Source: an uncultured Planctomycetia bacterium (GTDB taxonomy: Bacteria; Omnitrophota; Gorgyraeia; 2-02-FULL-51-18). Taken from it: a stretch of DNA of 64,000 nucleotides. Shown piece after piece: positions 28,029-37,186 of the stretch; positions within the stretch are counted from its first letter, which is position 1, and each line of letters starts with the position of its first letter. Where the stretch lies: positions 53,132-117,131 of the forward strand of contig CAYSKO010000003.1 in NCBI GenBank assembly GCA_964431835.1, written 5' to 3'. The position numbers and the translations under genes were made by a program. Under the pieces are notes generated by a model. That model was not told the origin of the DNA and did no database searches. It worked only from the letters and a program-made list of their open reading frames with translations.

Positions 28029-29085
28029 CCTTGGCGGGCGAGGAGAGGCGGGCGGATCGCAGCTGGCCGCAAGCAGCTTGAATGTCGCGACCCTTCGAGA
28101 AACGGACGGTGGTGCGGACGCCGGCTTCCTGGAGAATCTGCTGGAAACGCACGACCTCCGCGTAATTCGGCGCGTCGTGCGGAAATTCCTCGATCGCGTT
28201 GTACGGGATGAGGTTGACCTTGCAAAGCATCCCGCGGAGCAGGTTCCCGAGTTCTCTCGCTTCTTTCTCCGACGCGTTGATTCCCTTGATCAGAATGTAC
28301 TCGAACGTGATCGCGCGTTTGGTGACCTTCGCATACTGCTTGCAGGCTTCGATCAAAGGCTTCACCGGATACGCGCGGTTCACGGGCATGATGGCGCCGC
28401 GCACCGCGTCGTTCGGGCCGTGAAGGGACACCGAAAGCTCCACCTGCAGACCCTCCTGCGTGAGCTGCTGAATCTTCGGCACGATGCCGCAGGTCGAGAT
28501 CGTGATCTTGCGCGCGCCCAAGCCCAGGCCCGCCGGCGAATTCAAGACGCGGATAGCCTTCATTAGCTCGTCGTAATTGTCGAACGGCTCGCCGATCCCC
28601 ATGAAGACGATGTTCGTGAGTTTCTTGTCCGGCGAAGTGTCGCGCGCGGCGAGCACCTGCAGGAGGATCTCCGACATCTTGAGGTTCCTGAAGAATCCCG
28701 CCTGCCCGCTCGCGCAGAACGCGCAGTGGAACTTACAGCCGACCTGCGACGAAACGCAGACCGTGCGGCGGTCGTCGAGCGGCATGTACACGGCCTCGAC
28801 GTAATCATTCTCGCCTATTTTAAGAAGAAGTTTCGTGCTGGCGTCGCCTTCGGAAAGCTGGCGCTCGACGACCGGCGGGATCGCCAGTTCGAACGTCTCG
28901 GAAAGGCGCTTGCGGAGATCGACCGAAAGATCGGTCATCTTGTCGAATTCGTACACGCCTTTCTCGAAGACCCATTTCAGAACCTGCTCGGCGCGGTACG
29001 GCTCGACGCTCATCTCCTCGAATTTCTTGCGGAGCGCTTCGGGGGTGTGGTCGAGGAGGTTGGGTTTCGGTCTAGCCACGGACAA
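28024..29085 (-). CDS. rlmN: 23S rRNA/tRNA A-C2 methyltransferase, radical SAM
   Basis: CVSSQVGCKFHCAFC, MGIGEP, DIQAACGQL. Exact start uncertain. Confidence 0.95.
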   Translation of the reverse strand: MSVARPKPNLLDHTPEALRKKFEEMSVEPYRAEQVLKWVFEKGVYEFDKMTDLSVDLRKRLSETFELAIPPVVERQLSEGDASTKLLLKIGENDYVEAVYMPLDDRRTVCVSSQVGCKFHCAFCASGQAGFFRNLKMSEILLQVLAARDTSPDKKLTNIVFMGIGEPFDNYDELMKAIRVLNSPAGLGLGARKITISTCGIVPKIQQLTQEGLQVELSVSLHGPNDAVRGAIMPVNRAYPVKPLIEACKQYAKVTKRAITFEYILIKGINASEKEARELGNLLRGMLCKVNLIPYNAIEEFPHDAPNYAEVVRFQQILQEAGVRTTVRFSKGRDIQAACGQLRSARLSSPAKD

Positions 29086-29704
29086 GCCTCTTTCTTTCGT
29101 TGAGATGCGCGGTGTCGTTGATGGAAAGCAGTTTCACGCGCGCGTCGGTCTCGTTGGCGAGCGTGACGCTCGTGTTGTCGATTTGGACGTTGAAAAGGAC
29201 CGCGTCGAAATCGGCCTCGAGCCATTCGGCGATGAGCGCGGTGATCGCGCCACCGTGGGTGACGACGAGCACCGTTTCTCCGCGGTGCCGCCGCGCGATG
29301 CCTCTAACGCATTTCACGATGCGTTTCCGGAACGCCGAAACGCGCTCCGCGCGCGGGATCACACAGGCCGAGGGCTTCCGGAGCCAGCGCTGGTAGCCTT
29401 TCGCGTAGAGGAGGTCCACCTCCTCGGGTGTCATTCCTTCCCACGCACCCAAATTGATCTCGCGCAGGAGCGGCTCGCGTGCGATCCTGAGGTCGAGCCG
29501 GCGGGCCACCTCGAGCGAAGTCGAATACGCGCGGCCCAAATCGCTCGAATAAATCCTGTCGATCTTGATCTTTCCGAGTCGCTGCGCGAGCCGCTTAGCC
29601 TGACGCAGCCCCCGCGCGGTGAGGCGCGAGTCGTAATGGCCCTGGATCCGGTTTTGGAGATTGAACTCCGATTCCGCGTGGCGGACGATGACCAAGTGCG
29701 TCAT
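29072..29704 (-). CDS. Histidine phosphatase family protein
   Basis: RHAES, SSDLGRA, LREINLG.WEG, VTHGG. Confidence 0.9.
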   Translation of the reverse strand: MTHLVIVRHAESEFNLQNRIQGHYDSRLTARGLRQAKRLAQRLGKIKIDRIYSSDLGRAYSTSLEVARRLDLRIAREPLLREINLGAWEGMTPEEVDLLYAKGYQRWLRKPSACVIPRAERVSAFRKRIVKCVRGIARRHRGETVLVVTHGGAITALIAEWLEADFDAVLFNVQIDNTSVTLANETDARVKLLSINDTAHLNERKRLVRG

Positions 29705-29716
29705 GACGAGAGAGCT

Positions 29717-30229
29717 TTAACCGAGCGCTTTCTTGTACTGCGCCGCGTATTCCTTGTAACGCCGTGCCTGGTCTTTATGAAAGGAAGCTTCCTTTTTGGT
29801 GAGGGTCCGGACCACCTTCCCCGGCACACCCACGACGAGGGAGCGCTCCGGAATCCGCGCGTTCTCGCGCACGAGCGCTCCGGCCGCGATGAGACTGTAC
29901 GCGCCGACGCGGGCGCCCGTCAGCACGCGTGAGCCGATCCCGAGGAGTACGTAGTCTTCGACGTCGCACGCGTGCGCCACCGCCTGGTGCCCCATGATCA
30001 CGCCGCGTCCCAGGACCGCGCCTTTGCCGTGATCGCCGTGCAGGACGCAGCCGTCCTGGACGTTCGAATCCGGGCCGACGCGGATCGGGCCCATGTCGCC
30101 GCGAAGGACCGCGCCGAACCACGCGCTCGAGCCCGCTTCCAGGCGCACGTCGCCGATCACGTGCGCTCCCGGAGCGACGAACGCGGTCTTGTGGATCACG
30201 GGCTTTTTGTTCTTGAAAGGAAAGATCAT
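29717..30229 (-). CDS. Gamma carbonic anhydrase family protein
   Basis: Hexapeptide repeats, VLRGD, NVQDGCVLH, GH..V.H. Confidence 0.9.
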   Translation of the reverse strand: MIFPFKNKKPVIHKTAFVAPGAHVIGDVRLEAGSSAWFGAVLRGDMGPIRVGPDSNVQDGCVLHGDHGKGAVLGRGVIMGHQAVAHACDVEDYVLLGIGSRVLTGARVGAYSLIAAGALVRENARIPERSLVVGVPGKVVRTLTKKEASFHKDQARRYKEYAAQYKKALG

Positions 30230-30250
30230 GGACTCATTCTACCAGAAAGG

Positions 30251-31267
30251 TCAGTCGAGAAGCGTCGTGTCGATCTCCTCGATCTCGCCGACGATCTCCT
30301 CGAGAAGATCTTCGAGCGTGACGAGACCGACGGTCTTCTGCGTCTTCGGATCGCGGACGATCGCGATTTGGATCTTTCGCGTCTGGAACTCACGGAGGAG
30401 CTCGGCCACGCGCTTGGAAGGTGCGACGTAGAAGGGCGTCGAGAGAAGGTCCTCCGCGCGGATCAGCGAGCTGTTCTTAAAGAGATAAAGGAGATCGCGA
30501 ACGTAAAGGATCCCGATCACATTGTCGCGCGTGTCGCGGTAAACGGGGATGCGGTTGTGCCCTTCTTCGAGAAGCACCCGCTCGAGCTCTTCTTCGTCTA
30601 TCGTCACGGGAACGGAGATCATCTTCTCGAGCGCGGTCATGACGTCGCGGACTTCGATCTCGTCGAAACGGAAGATCCGCTCCAGCATCTTTCGCTCGTT
30701 CTCGCCGTAGAAACCCTCCTCCTTGCCGATCGTGATCATCATCTTCATTTCTTCCTCGGTGATGATCGGCGAACGGTGGTGCGGATTTCCGCCCAAGAGG
30801 CGGATCACGGCGTTCGAGATCACCGTCAGGATGCGCGTGAGGGGGCTGAAGAGCGCGATAAAGAATTCGATCACATAGCGGAAGAGAAACGCCGTGCCTT
30901 CCGGGTGGTTCGTGGCCATCACTTTCGGAGTAAGGTCGCAAAAAATGACGATCACGATGGTCGTCAGGACGGTGACGAAGAAAAGATCGATCCCCTCGCC
31001 GCCGAAATAGTGCGTGAAGATGACGGTCGAGATCGCGGCGATGGCCGTGTTGACGAGATTGTTGCCTACGAGGATCGTCGCGATGACCTTGTCGAGCCGC
31101 GAGACCATGCGGTAAATGCGGGTGGCGCCTTTACGGCGCCCTTCCATCATGTGGCGCAGGCGCACCTTGTTGATAGAAATGAGCGCCGATTCCGAGGCCG
31201 AAAAGAACGCCGAAAAAAAGAACAGCACACCCAGCGTGATGGCGAGAGCGGAAATGGATGGAGTCAT
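30251..31267 (-). CDS. CNNM (DUF21)-CBS domain protein
   Basis: SAFFSASESA, TILVGNNLVN, PK, CBS pair ending EDLLEEIVGEI; no C-terminal CorC domain. Confidence 0.88.
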   Translation of the reverse strand: MTPSISALAITLGVLFFFSAFFSASESALISINKVRLRHMMEGRRKGATRIYRMVSRLDKVIATILVGNNLVNTAIAAISTVIFTHYFGGEGIDLFFVTVLTTIVIVIFCDLTPKVMATNHPEGTAFLFRYVIEFFIALFSPLTRILTVISNAVIRLLGGNPHHRSPIITEEEMKMMITIGKEEGFYGENERKMLERIFRFDEIEVRDVMTALEKMISVPVTIDEEELERVLLEEGHNRIPVYRDTRDNVIGILYVRDLLYLFKNSSLIRAEDLLSTPFYVAPSKRVAELLREFQTRKIQIAIVRDPKTQKTVGLVTLEDLLEEIVGEIEEIDTTLLD

Positions 31268-31378
31268 GAGTCTTTATTCGCGTTGTCCATGAGCGCGAAA
31301 TTATAGCACGGAGGTCGGGATTAATCGAGTCTCGCGGGGATTCGTACTCGGAGTGACTTCGAACGGCGTTTCCTTTTA

Positions 31379-31408
31379 TTGACAAGGCCGTAAGCCCGCC
31401 TCTACAAT
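31379..31408 (+). promoter_or_regulatory. Sigma70-type promoter of nuoJKLMN
   Basis: TTGACA(31379)-N18-TACAAT(31403), 12 nt before the ATG. Confidence 0.65.
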
Positions 31409-31420
31409 AGTCCCTTCTCT

Positions 31421-31912
31421 ATGCTTGAGACGGGACTCTTTTACCTCATTTCATTCGGAATTCTGTTATCCGCGATCGGCGTCATCACGTCTCGCTCGGC
31501 CGTTCACAGCGTTCTGTGCCTGGTCGCGGCGATGGGGCTGATGGCCGGCCTGTTCGTGCTCCTGAAGGCCTTCCTCTTGGCGACGGTGCTCATCCTCGTT
31601 TACGCGGGCGCCATCCTCGTCCTTTTCCTCTTCGTGGTCATGCTGATCGACTTCCGCACCGTTTCGATGGACTGGAAGGGCTTCGGGGCCGCCCCCGCCT
31701 TCGCGATCGCCGGTGCGGCGCTTCTTTTCTTCCAGACGTTCCGCGTCATCCGCACGATCCGCCTGGAACCCGCCCCGTCCGTGCACGGCACGACGGCCGC
31801 GATTGGCGAGACCCTCTTCCGCCAGTACGTACTCCCCTTCGAATTGACGGCTTTCCTGCTCCTGGCGGCGGTCGTGAGCGTCGTGGTCCTGGCTAAAAAG
31901 GGCCTCAAATGA
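31421..31912 (+). CDS. nuoJ: NADH-quinone oxidoreductase subunit J
   Basis: LVYAGAILVLFLFVVML, YVLPFE. Confidence 0.93.
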   Translation: MLETGLFYLISFGILLSAIGVITSRSAVHSVLCLVAAMGLMAGLFVLLKAFLLATVLILVYAGAILVLFLFVVMLIDFRTVSMDWKGFGAAPAFAIAGAALLFFQTFRVIRTIRLEPAPSVHGTTAAIGETLFRQYVLPFELTAFLLLAAVVSVVVLAKKGLK

Positions 31913-32211
31913 TCGGTCTTCACCATTATCTCGCGGTTTCGGCGCTCGTGTTCGCGATCGGCCTCGTCGGCCTTCTGACGCGCCGGAACATCCTCATGAT
32001 TCTCCTTTCGATCGAGCTGATCCTCAACTCCGCCAATCTTTCGTTCGTCGCTTTCTCCTCATACCGGGGCGATCTCTCCGGCCAAGTCGTCGTTTTTTTC
32101 GCGATGATCGTGGCGGCCGCCGAAGTGACCGTCGGCCTCGCGGTGGTGGTGCTCCTATATAGGAAGAAGGGCTCGATCAACGCCGACGACGCCGCGGAGT
32201 TGAAATGGTAG
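31909..32211 (+). CDS. nuoK: NADH-quinone oxidoreductase subunit K
   Basis: RRN...SIELILN, VAAAEVTVGLA. Confidence 0.95.
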   Translation: MIGLHHYLAVSALVFAIGLVGLLTRRNILMILLSIELILNSANLSFVAFSSYRGDLSGQVVVFFAMIVAAAEVTVGLAVVVLLYRKKGSINADDAAELKW

Positions 32212-34157
32212 AAAACCTGCCCCCGCTGCCCTGGGTGATCCTCTTCGCGCCGCTTGTGGCGTGTGTCCTGATCGTTCTTTTCGCGCTGAAGCGTCCCGGG
32301 GCGGCCGCGGGAATCGCGCTGGCGGGCATCGTGATTCCCTTCATCGCGAGCGCCGCGCTCTGCTGGTTCAACACGGTCGAGATGCACTCGGCGGTGGCCA
32401 CGATCTCGTACGACTGGGTCAAGATTCCCGGTTTCAAGATCGGTTTCGGCTACCTGATCGATCAAATGACTCTCGTCATGCTCCTCGTCGTGACCGGGGT
32501 GGGAAGTTGCGTCTTCCTCTATTCGTCCTCCTACATGAAGGGCGACACGAGCTATCCCCGCTTTTTTGCCTCTCTTTCCCTCTTCGCTTTTTCCATGCTC
32601 GGGATCGTGCTCGCGGACAACTTCCTCATGCTCTTCATCTTCTGGGAGCTCGTGGCCGTCAGCTCGTATCTTCTCATCGGCTTCTGGTTCGAGAAGCCCT
32701 CGGCGGCCGACGCGGGCAACAAGGCGTTCATCGTCAATCGCGTCGCCGACTTCGGGATGGTTCTGGGTATCTTCATGGTTTGGATGCTCTCGGGGATGGG
32801 CGGCGCCGAGCGCACGTTCCAGTTCCAGGAGCTCGCGCACCGCATCCCCGCACTTCTCCACGCGGGCACGATCCCGCAGAGTCTCTTCGTGATCGCGGGG
32901 CTCCTCGTTTTCTGCGGTGTGGTCGGTAAGTCCGCGCAGTTCCCGCTCTACATCTGGCTTCCGGACGCGATGGAAGGCCCGACGCCGGTCTCCGCGCTCA
33001 TCCACGCGGCCACGATGGTCGCGGCGGGCGTTTACATGCTGGCGCGCGTTTTCTTCCTCGTCTCCGGCGTCGAAGCCGCGATGACGGCGATCGCGGTGAT
33101 CGGCGCGATCACCCTCGTCCTCGCCGCCGGCCTCGCACTCGTCCAGAACGACATCAAAAAGATCCTCGCCTACTCGACCGTGAGCCAGCTCGGCTACATG
33201 GTGCTCGCGCTCGGCCTGGGCGGTCGCACGGAAGCGATGTTCCACTTAACGACCCACGCCTTCTTCAAGGCGCTTCTCTTCCTCGGCGCGGGCTCGATGA
33301 TCCACGCGCTTCACACGCAGGATATCTGGGAGATGGGCGGGCTTCGGAAAGAGATGCCTATCACCTCCTGGACGTTCATCATTGGCACGCTCGCACTCTG
33401 CGGCATCGCGCCTCTTTCGGGCTTCTGGTCGAAGGACGAAATCCTTGTCCTGGCCAAGCGCGAAAATTGGGTCCTTTTCACGGTCGCCACCCTCGGCGCC
33501 GGGCTCACCGCCTTCTACATGACCCGCGCGGTCTGGGTCGCGGTGCTCGGCGAGCGAAAGAAGAAGGCGAAATCCCACGGCAAGAAAGCGCATGCCCACG
33601 ACGCGCACGACGCCGGGCACGACGGCCACGCGCACGAGTCGCCGCTTCCAATGACGCTTCCGCTCATTTTCCTCGCGGTCCTTTCCGTCACGGCCGGCTT
33701 TTTTGGCCTGCCGGCTTTCCTGAATTCCGCCGCGGAGCACGGCGCCCCCCACGGCGAAGCCGTGCATCACGGCATCGACTGGTTCGTCGCGGGTCTCTCG
33801 ACCGCGGTGGCCCTGGGCGGCATCGCACTCGGCACTTTGCTCTACAAAAACGCCAAACCCGGCCATGACCCGGTCGTGAAGGGTCTCGGCGGTCTCTATC
33901 ACCTCATCGTGAAAAAGTATTATTTGGACGACTTCTTTTCCGCGCTGGCCGGATTCGTCCAGAACGCGGTCGCGGGCGTTCTTTACCGCTTCGACGTGAA
34001 GGTCGTCATCGAACGCGGGGTAAACGGCACGGCCGCGCTCACCCGCTCGGCCGCCGACCGCGTGCGCCGTGCGCAAACCGGACGCGTCCGCACGTACGCC
34101 ACGGCGTTCGCGTTCGGGATCGTCGCGGCTGTCTATTTCATCCTGCTGAAAGGCTAG
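32205..34157 (+). CDS. nuoL: NADH-quinone oxidoreductase subunit L
   Basis: GKSAQFP...WLPDAMEGPTPVSALIHAATMV, THAFFKALLF. Confidence 0.95.
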   Translation: MVENLPPLPWVILFAPLVACVLIVLFALKRPGAAAGIALAGIVIPFIASAALCWFNTVEMHSAVATISYDWVKIPGFKIGFGYLIDQMTLVMLLVVTGVGSCVFLYSSSYMKGDTSYPRFFASLSLFAFSMLGIVLADNFLMLFIFWELVAVSSYLLIGFWFEKPSAADAGNKAFIVNRVADFGMVLGIFMVWMLSGMGGAERTFQFQELAHRIPALLHAGTIPQSLFVIAGLLVFCGVVGKSAQFPLYIWLPDAMEGPTPVSALIHAATMVAAGVYMLARVFFLVSGVEAAMTAIAVIGAITLVLAAGLALVQNDIKKILAYSTVSQLGYMVLALGLGGRTEAMFHLTTHAFFKALLFLGAGSMIHALHTQDIWEMGGLRKEMPITSWTFIIGTLALCGIAPLSGFWSKDEILVLAKRENWVLFTVATLGAGLTAFYMTRAVWVAVLGERKKKAKSHGKKAHAHDAHDAGHDGHAHESPLPMTLPLIFLAVLSVTAGFFGLPAFLNSAAEHGAPHGEAVHHGIDWFVAGLSTAVALGGIALGTLLYKNAKPGHDPVVKGLGGLYHLIVKKYYLDDFFSALAGFVQNAVAGVLYRFDVKVVIERGVNGTAALTRSAADRVRRAQTGRVRTYATAFAFGIVAAVYFILLKG

Positions 34158-34161
34158 CCGA

Positions 34162-35679
34162 ATGCTCTCCCTCGGACCGATTTCCTGGATTCTCCTGTCG
34201 CCGGCCCTCGGCGGTCTGCTCGTTCTTTTGGTTCCTCAGAACCGCCCCGAGTGGATCAAACGGATTGGCGTGGCGGCGGTGTCCGTGTCACTCGCGGTGG
34301 CGCTTGCGACGTTCCTGCGCTACGACATCACGGCGGGCGGCTACCAGTTCGTCGACAAATTCGAATGGATCCCGAAACTCGGCATCTCCTACCACGTGGG
34401 CGCCGACGGCATCAACCTCACGCTACTTCTCATGACCGCCATCGTCTCGTTCGCCGGCATGCTCGTTACCTGCTCGGTCACCGAGCGCGTGAAGGAATAC
34501 GTGACGTTCTACCTCTTCCTCATCGCAGGCTGCTTCGGCGTGCTTTCCGCGCTCGACGTCTTCTTCATGTATTTCTTCTACGAGTGCGCGGTCGTTCCGG
34601 TGTTCCCGCTGATCGGCGTGTGGGGCTCAGGCAACAAGGAATACGCGACGATGAAGCTCACGCTCTACCTCACGCTCGGAGCGGTGCTCGCGCTTCTGGC
34701 CATCCTCGCGCTCTATTTTGCGACAGGGCTCAACACGTTCGACTTCCCCGCGATCGAGAGCGCGCTTCGGGCGAACCCGCTTCCGCTGGCGTTCCAGCGC
34801 TGGGCGTTCCCCTGTATCATGGTCGGCTTCGGCGTGATCCTCACGCTCTGGCCCTTCCACACGTGGTCTCCGATGGGTTACGCGGCGGCTCCCACGTCGG
34901 TCTCGATGCTGCACGCGGGCGTCTTGAAGAAACTCGGTGCGTATCTCATCATCCGCCTCGGAATCTCGCTCATGCCCGACGGCGCCGCACAGTGGATGCC
35001 CTACGTCGCGTGGCTCGCCGTCATGAACATCGTCTACTGCGGCCTCGTCGCCTTCACCCAGCGCGATCTGAAATACATCCTGGGCTATTCCAGCTGCAGT
35101 CACATGGGCTATATCCTTCTCGGCCTCGCGTGCCTCACGCCGGTTGCGCTGAACGGCACGGTCTTCTTCATGTTCGCGCACGGCATCATGGCCTCCCTTT
35201 CGTTCGCGCTCGTGGGCTGGATCTACGCACAGACGCACACGCGCATGCTCGACGAATGGGGCGGCCTCGGCAAGAAAATGCCGTTCATCTCCGTTCTCTT
35301 CGCGATGGCAGCGATGGCGTCGGCCGGTCTTCCCGGCTTCGCGAATTTCGTCGGTGAAATGACGATCCTGGCCGGCGCGTGGGACAAATACCGCTGGCCT
35401 GCGGTCTTCGCGGTGGCGGGCCTCGTGATCACGGCCGGCTACATGCTGCGGACGGTCCGCGGGGCGATCCAGGGGCCCCTTCCGGCCCGCTGGAACGCGC
35501 TCGAAGACGCGCGCACCCTGCGCGAGCGGGCTCCCTATCTTCTTCTGGCCGGCGTTCTTTTGGCCGTCGGCATGTTCCCGGCGCTCATCATGCCGGTCGT
35601 CGAGTCGGGCACGCGCCCGGTGCTCGACCGCACGATCCAAAGCGTGGAAGTCGTGGAAGGAAACGTGGCCCATGTTTAA
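34162..35679 (+). CDS. nuoM: NADH-quinone oxidoreductase subunit M
   Basis: PFHTW, YSSCSHMG, AGLPGFANFVGE; operon position. Confidence 0.92.
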   Translation: MLSLGPISWILLSPALGGLLVLLVPQNRPEWIKRIGVAAVSVSLAVALATFLRYDITAGGYQFVDKFEWIPKLGISYHVGADGINLTLLLMTAIVSFAGMLVTCSVTERVKEYVTFYLFLIAGCFGVLSALDVFFMYFFYECAVVPVFPLIGVWGSGNKEYATMKLTLYLTLGAVLALLAILALYFATGLNTFDFPAIESALRANPLPLAFQRWAFPCIMVGFGVILTLWPFHTWSPMGYAAAPTSVSMLHAGVLKKLGAYLIIRLGISLMPDGAAQWMPYVAWLAVMNIVYCGLVAFTQRDLKYILGYSSCSHMGYILLGLACLTPVALNGTVFFMFAHGIMASLSFALVGWIYAQTHTRMLDEWGGLGKKMPFISVLFAMAAMASAGLPGFANFVGEMTILAGAWDKYRWPAVFAVAGLVITAGYMLRTVRGAIQGPLPARWNALEDARTLRERAPYLLLAGVLLAVGMFPALIMPVVESGTRPVLDRTIQSVEVVEGNVAHV

Positions 35680-37114
35680 CGCCTTCTCGGCCGTCTGCCA
35701 GGTTTTCCGCACTGAGATCGGCGTCGTGGTCCTGGCGCTCGGCTGCCTTATTTTCGACATCCTCCTTCCCGACACCGAAAAGCGCGCGAAGACCCTGGCC
35801 TCGATCGCGATGATCGGCGTGGCGCTTCTTTTCGGGCAGCTCTGCTTCCAATGGGGAAATTTCGGCGCCGCGTTCGGAGGCTCGCTCGTCCAGGACGGCA
35901 TCTCCTTCTACTTCAAGCTGATCTTCCTCCTAGCCGCGTTCTTCACACTCTTCATGGCGCGCGAGTACCAGTCGAAGCTCAAGCGCGGGCGCGAGGAATT
36001 CGTCCTCCTCATCCTTTTCGCGCTGGTCGGCACGATCTTTCTCGCCTCGGCGAACGATTTCCTTCTCTTTTTCATCGCACTCGAGACGCTGACGGTGTCT
36101 CTCTACGTGATGACGGCCTATCTGCGCGACCGCGAGTCGTCGATCGAGGCGGGCGTGAAATACATCGTCCTGGGCGCTCTCTCGACGGCCGTCTTCCTTT
36201 ACGGCCTGAGCTTCCTCTACGGCGCCTCGGGTACCACGTCCTTTACCGAAATGGGCGTTCGCATCGCGGCGATGCCCTCGGTGCCCGTTTCGTTCCTCTT
36301 CGGCATGGTGCTCGTCGTTTCTTCGCTCGGATTCAAGATCGCCGCGGTGCCGTTCCACCTTTGGGCGCCGGACGTGTACCAGGGCGCGCCGACGCCGGTC
36401 ACGGCTTATCTCGCGATCGGCTCCAAAGCCGCGGGTTTCGCGGGCCTCGTTCGCCTCTCCATGACGGCATTCGCGCCCGCGCAGGAATCGCTTTCCGCTC
36501 TCTTCGCGGTCCTCGCCGCCCTCACGATCCTCTACGGCAACCTCGGTGCGATCCCCCAGACCAACGTGAAGCGCCTCATGGGTTATTCGAGTATCGGCCA
36601 CGCGGGCTATCTCCTCATCGGCCTCGCGGCCTTCTCCGCGGGCGGCGGAGAATCGCTCCTTTATTACCTCATGGCGTATCTCTTCAGCACCGGCGGCGTC
36701 TTCTTGGCGATCGTTGCGCTTTCCCAGACCGCCAAAGCCGACGAGGTGGCCGATTTCGCGGGCCTTTCGCGCCGTTCGCCGCTCCTGGCCGCGGGGATCA
36801 TGCTCGGCCTCCTGTCGCTGGCCGGCGTGCCACCGTTCGCGGGTTTCTTCGCAAAGTTCTATCTGCTTTGGACCGGCGTGAAAGCAGGCCTCCTCTGGCT
36901 CGTCGCGATCGGCGTCTTGAACGTCGTGACGTCGCTTTTCTACTACTTGAAGATCGTAAAAGCCATGTACGTCGACGCACCGGCGGACACGAACCCCATC
37001 CGCCTTTCGCCCGACCAAAAGATCATCCAATATCTCTGCATCGCGGGCATTGTGGTCCTGGGTATTTGGCAGGGCCCGCTGGTCCGGCTCGTCGAAGCCG
37101 CTTTCGGCCGCTAA
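35672..37114 (+). CDS. nuoN: NADH-quinone oxidoreductase subunit N
   Basis: EAGVKY, FKIAAVPFHLWAPDVYQGAPTP, KRLMGYSSIGHAGY. Confidence 0.95.
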   Translation: MFNAFSAVCQVFRTEIGVVVLALGCLIFDILLPDTEKRAKTLASIAMIGVALLFGQLCFQWGNFGAAFGGSLVQDGISFYFKLIFLLAAFFTLFMAREYQSKLKRGREEFVLLILFALVGTIFLASANDFLLFFIALETLTVSLYVMTAYLRDRESSIEAGVKYIVLGALSTAVFLYGLSFLYGASGTTSFTEMGVRIAAMPSVPVSFLFGMVLVVSSLGFKIAAVPFHLWAPDVYQGAPTPVTAYLAIGSKAAGFAGLVRLSMTAFAPAQESLSALFAVLAALTILYGNLGAIPQTNVKRLMGYSSIGHAGYLLIGLAAFSAGGGESLLYYLMAYLFSTGGVFLAIVALSQTAKADEVADFAGLSRRSPLLAAGIMLGLLSLAGVPPFAGFFAKFYLLWTGVKAGLLWLVAIGVLNVVTSLFYYLKIVKAMYVDAPADTNPIRLSPDQKIIQYLCIAGIVVLGIWQGPLVRLVEAAFGR

Positions 37115-37130
37115 AAGCCCTCTAAACACG

Positions 37131-37176
37131 AAAAAACCGCCCGCACCGGGGTTCCCGGTGCGGGCGGCTCTTTTTT
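37131..37176. terminator. Bidirectional intrinsic terminator between nuoN and treT
   Basis: A-tract, CCGCCCGCACCGGG-GTT-CCCGGTGCGGGCGG, T-tract; between convergent genes. Confidence 0.88.
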
Positions 37177-37186
37177 CGGAAAGACT

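Noticed and set aside
33560-33780. His-rich segments in NuoL
   Set aside because: His-rich loops at this position are common in NuoL.
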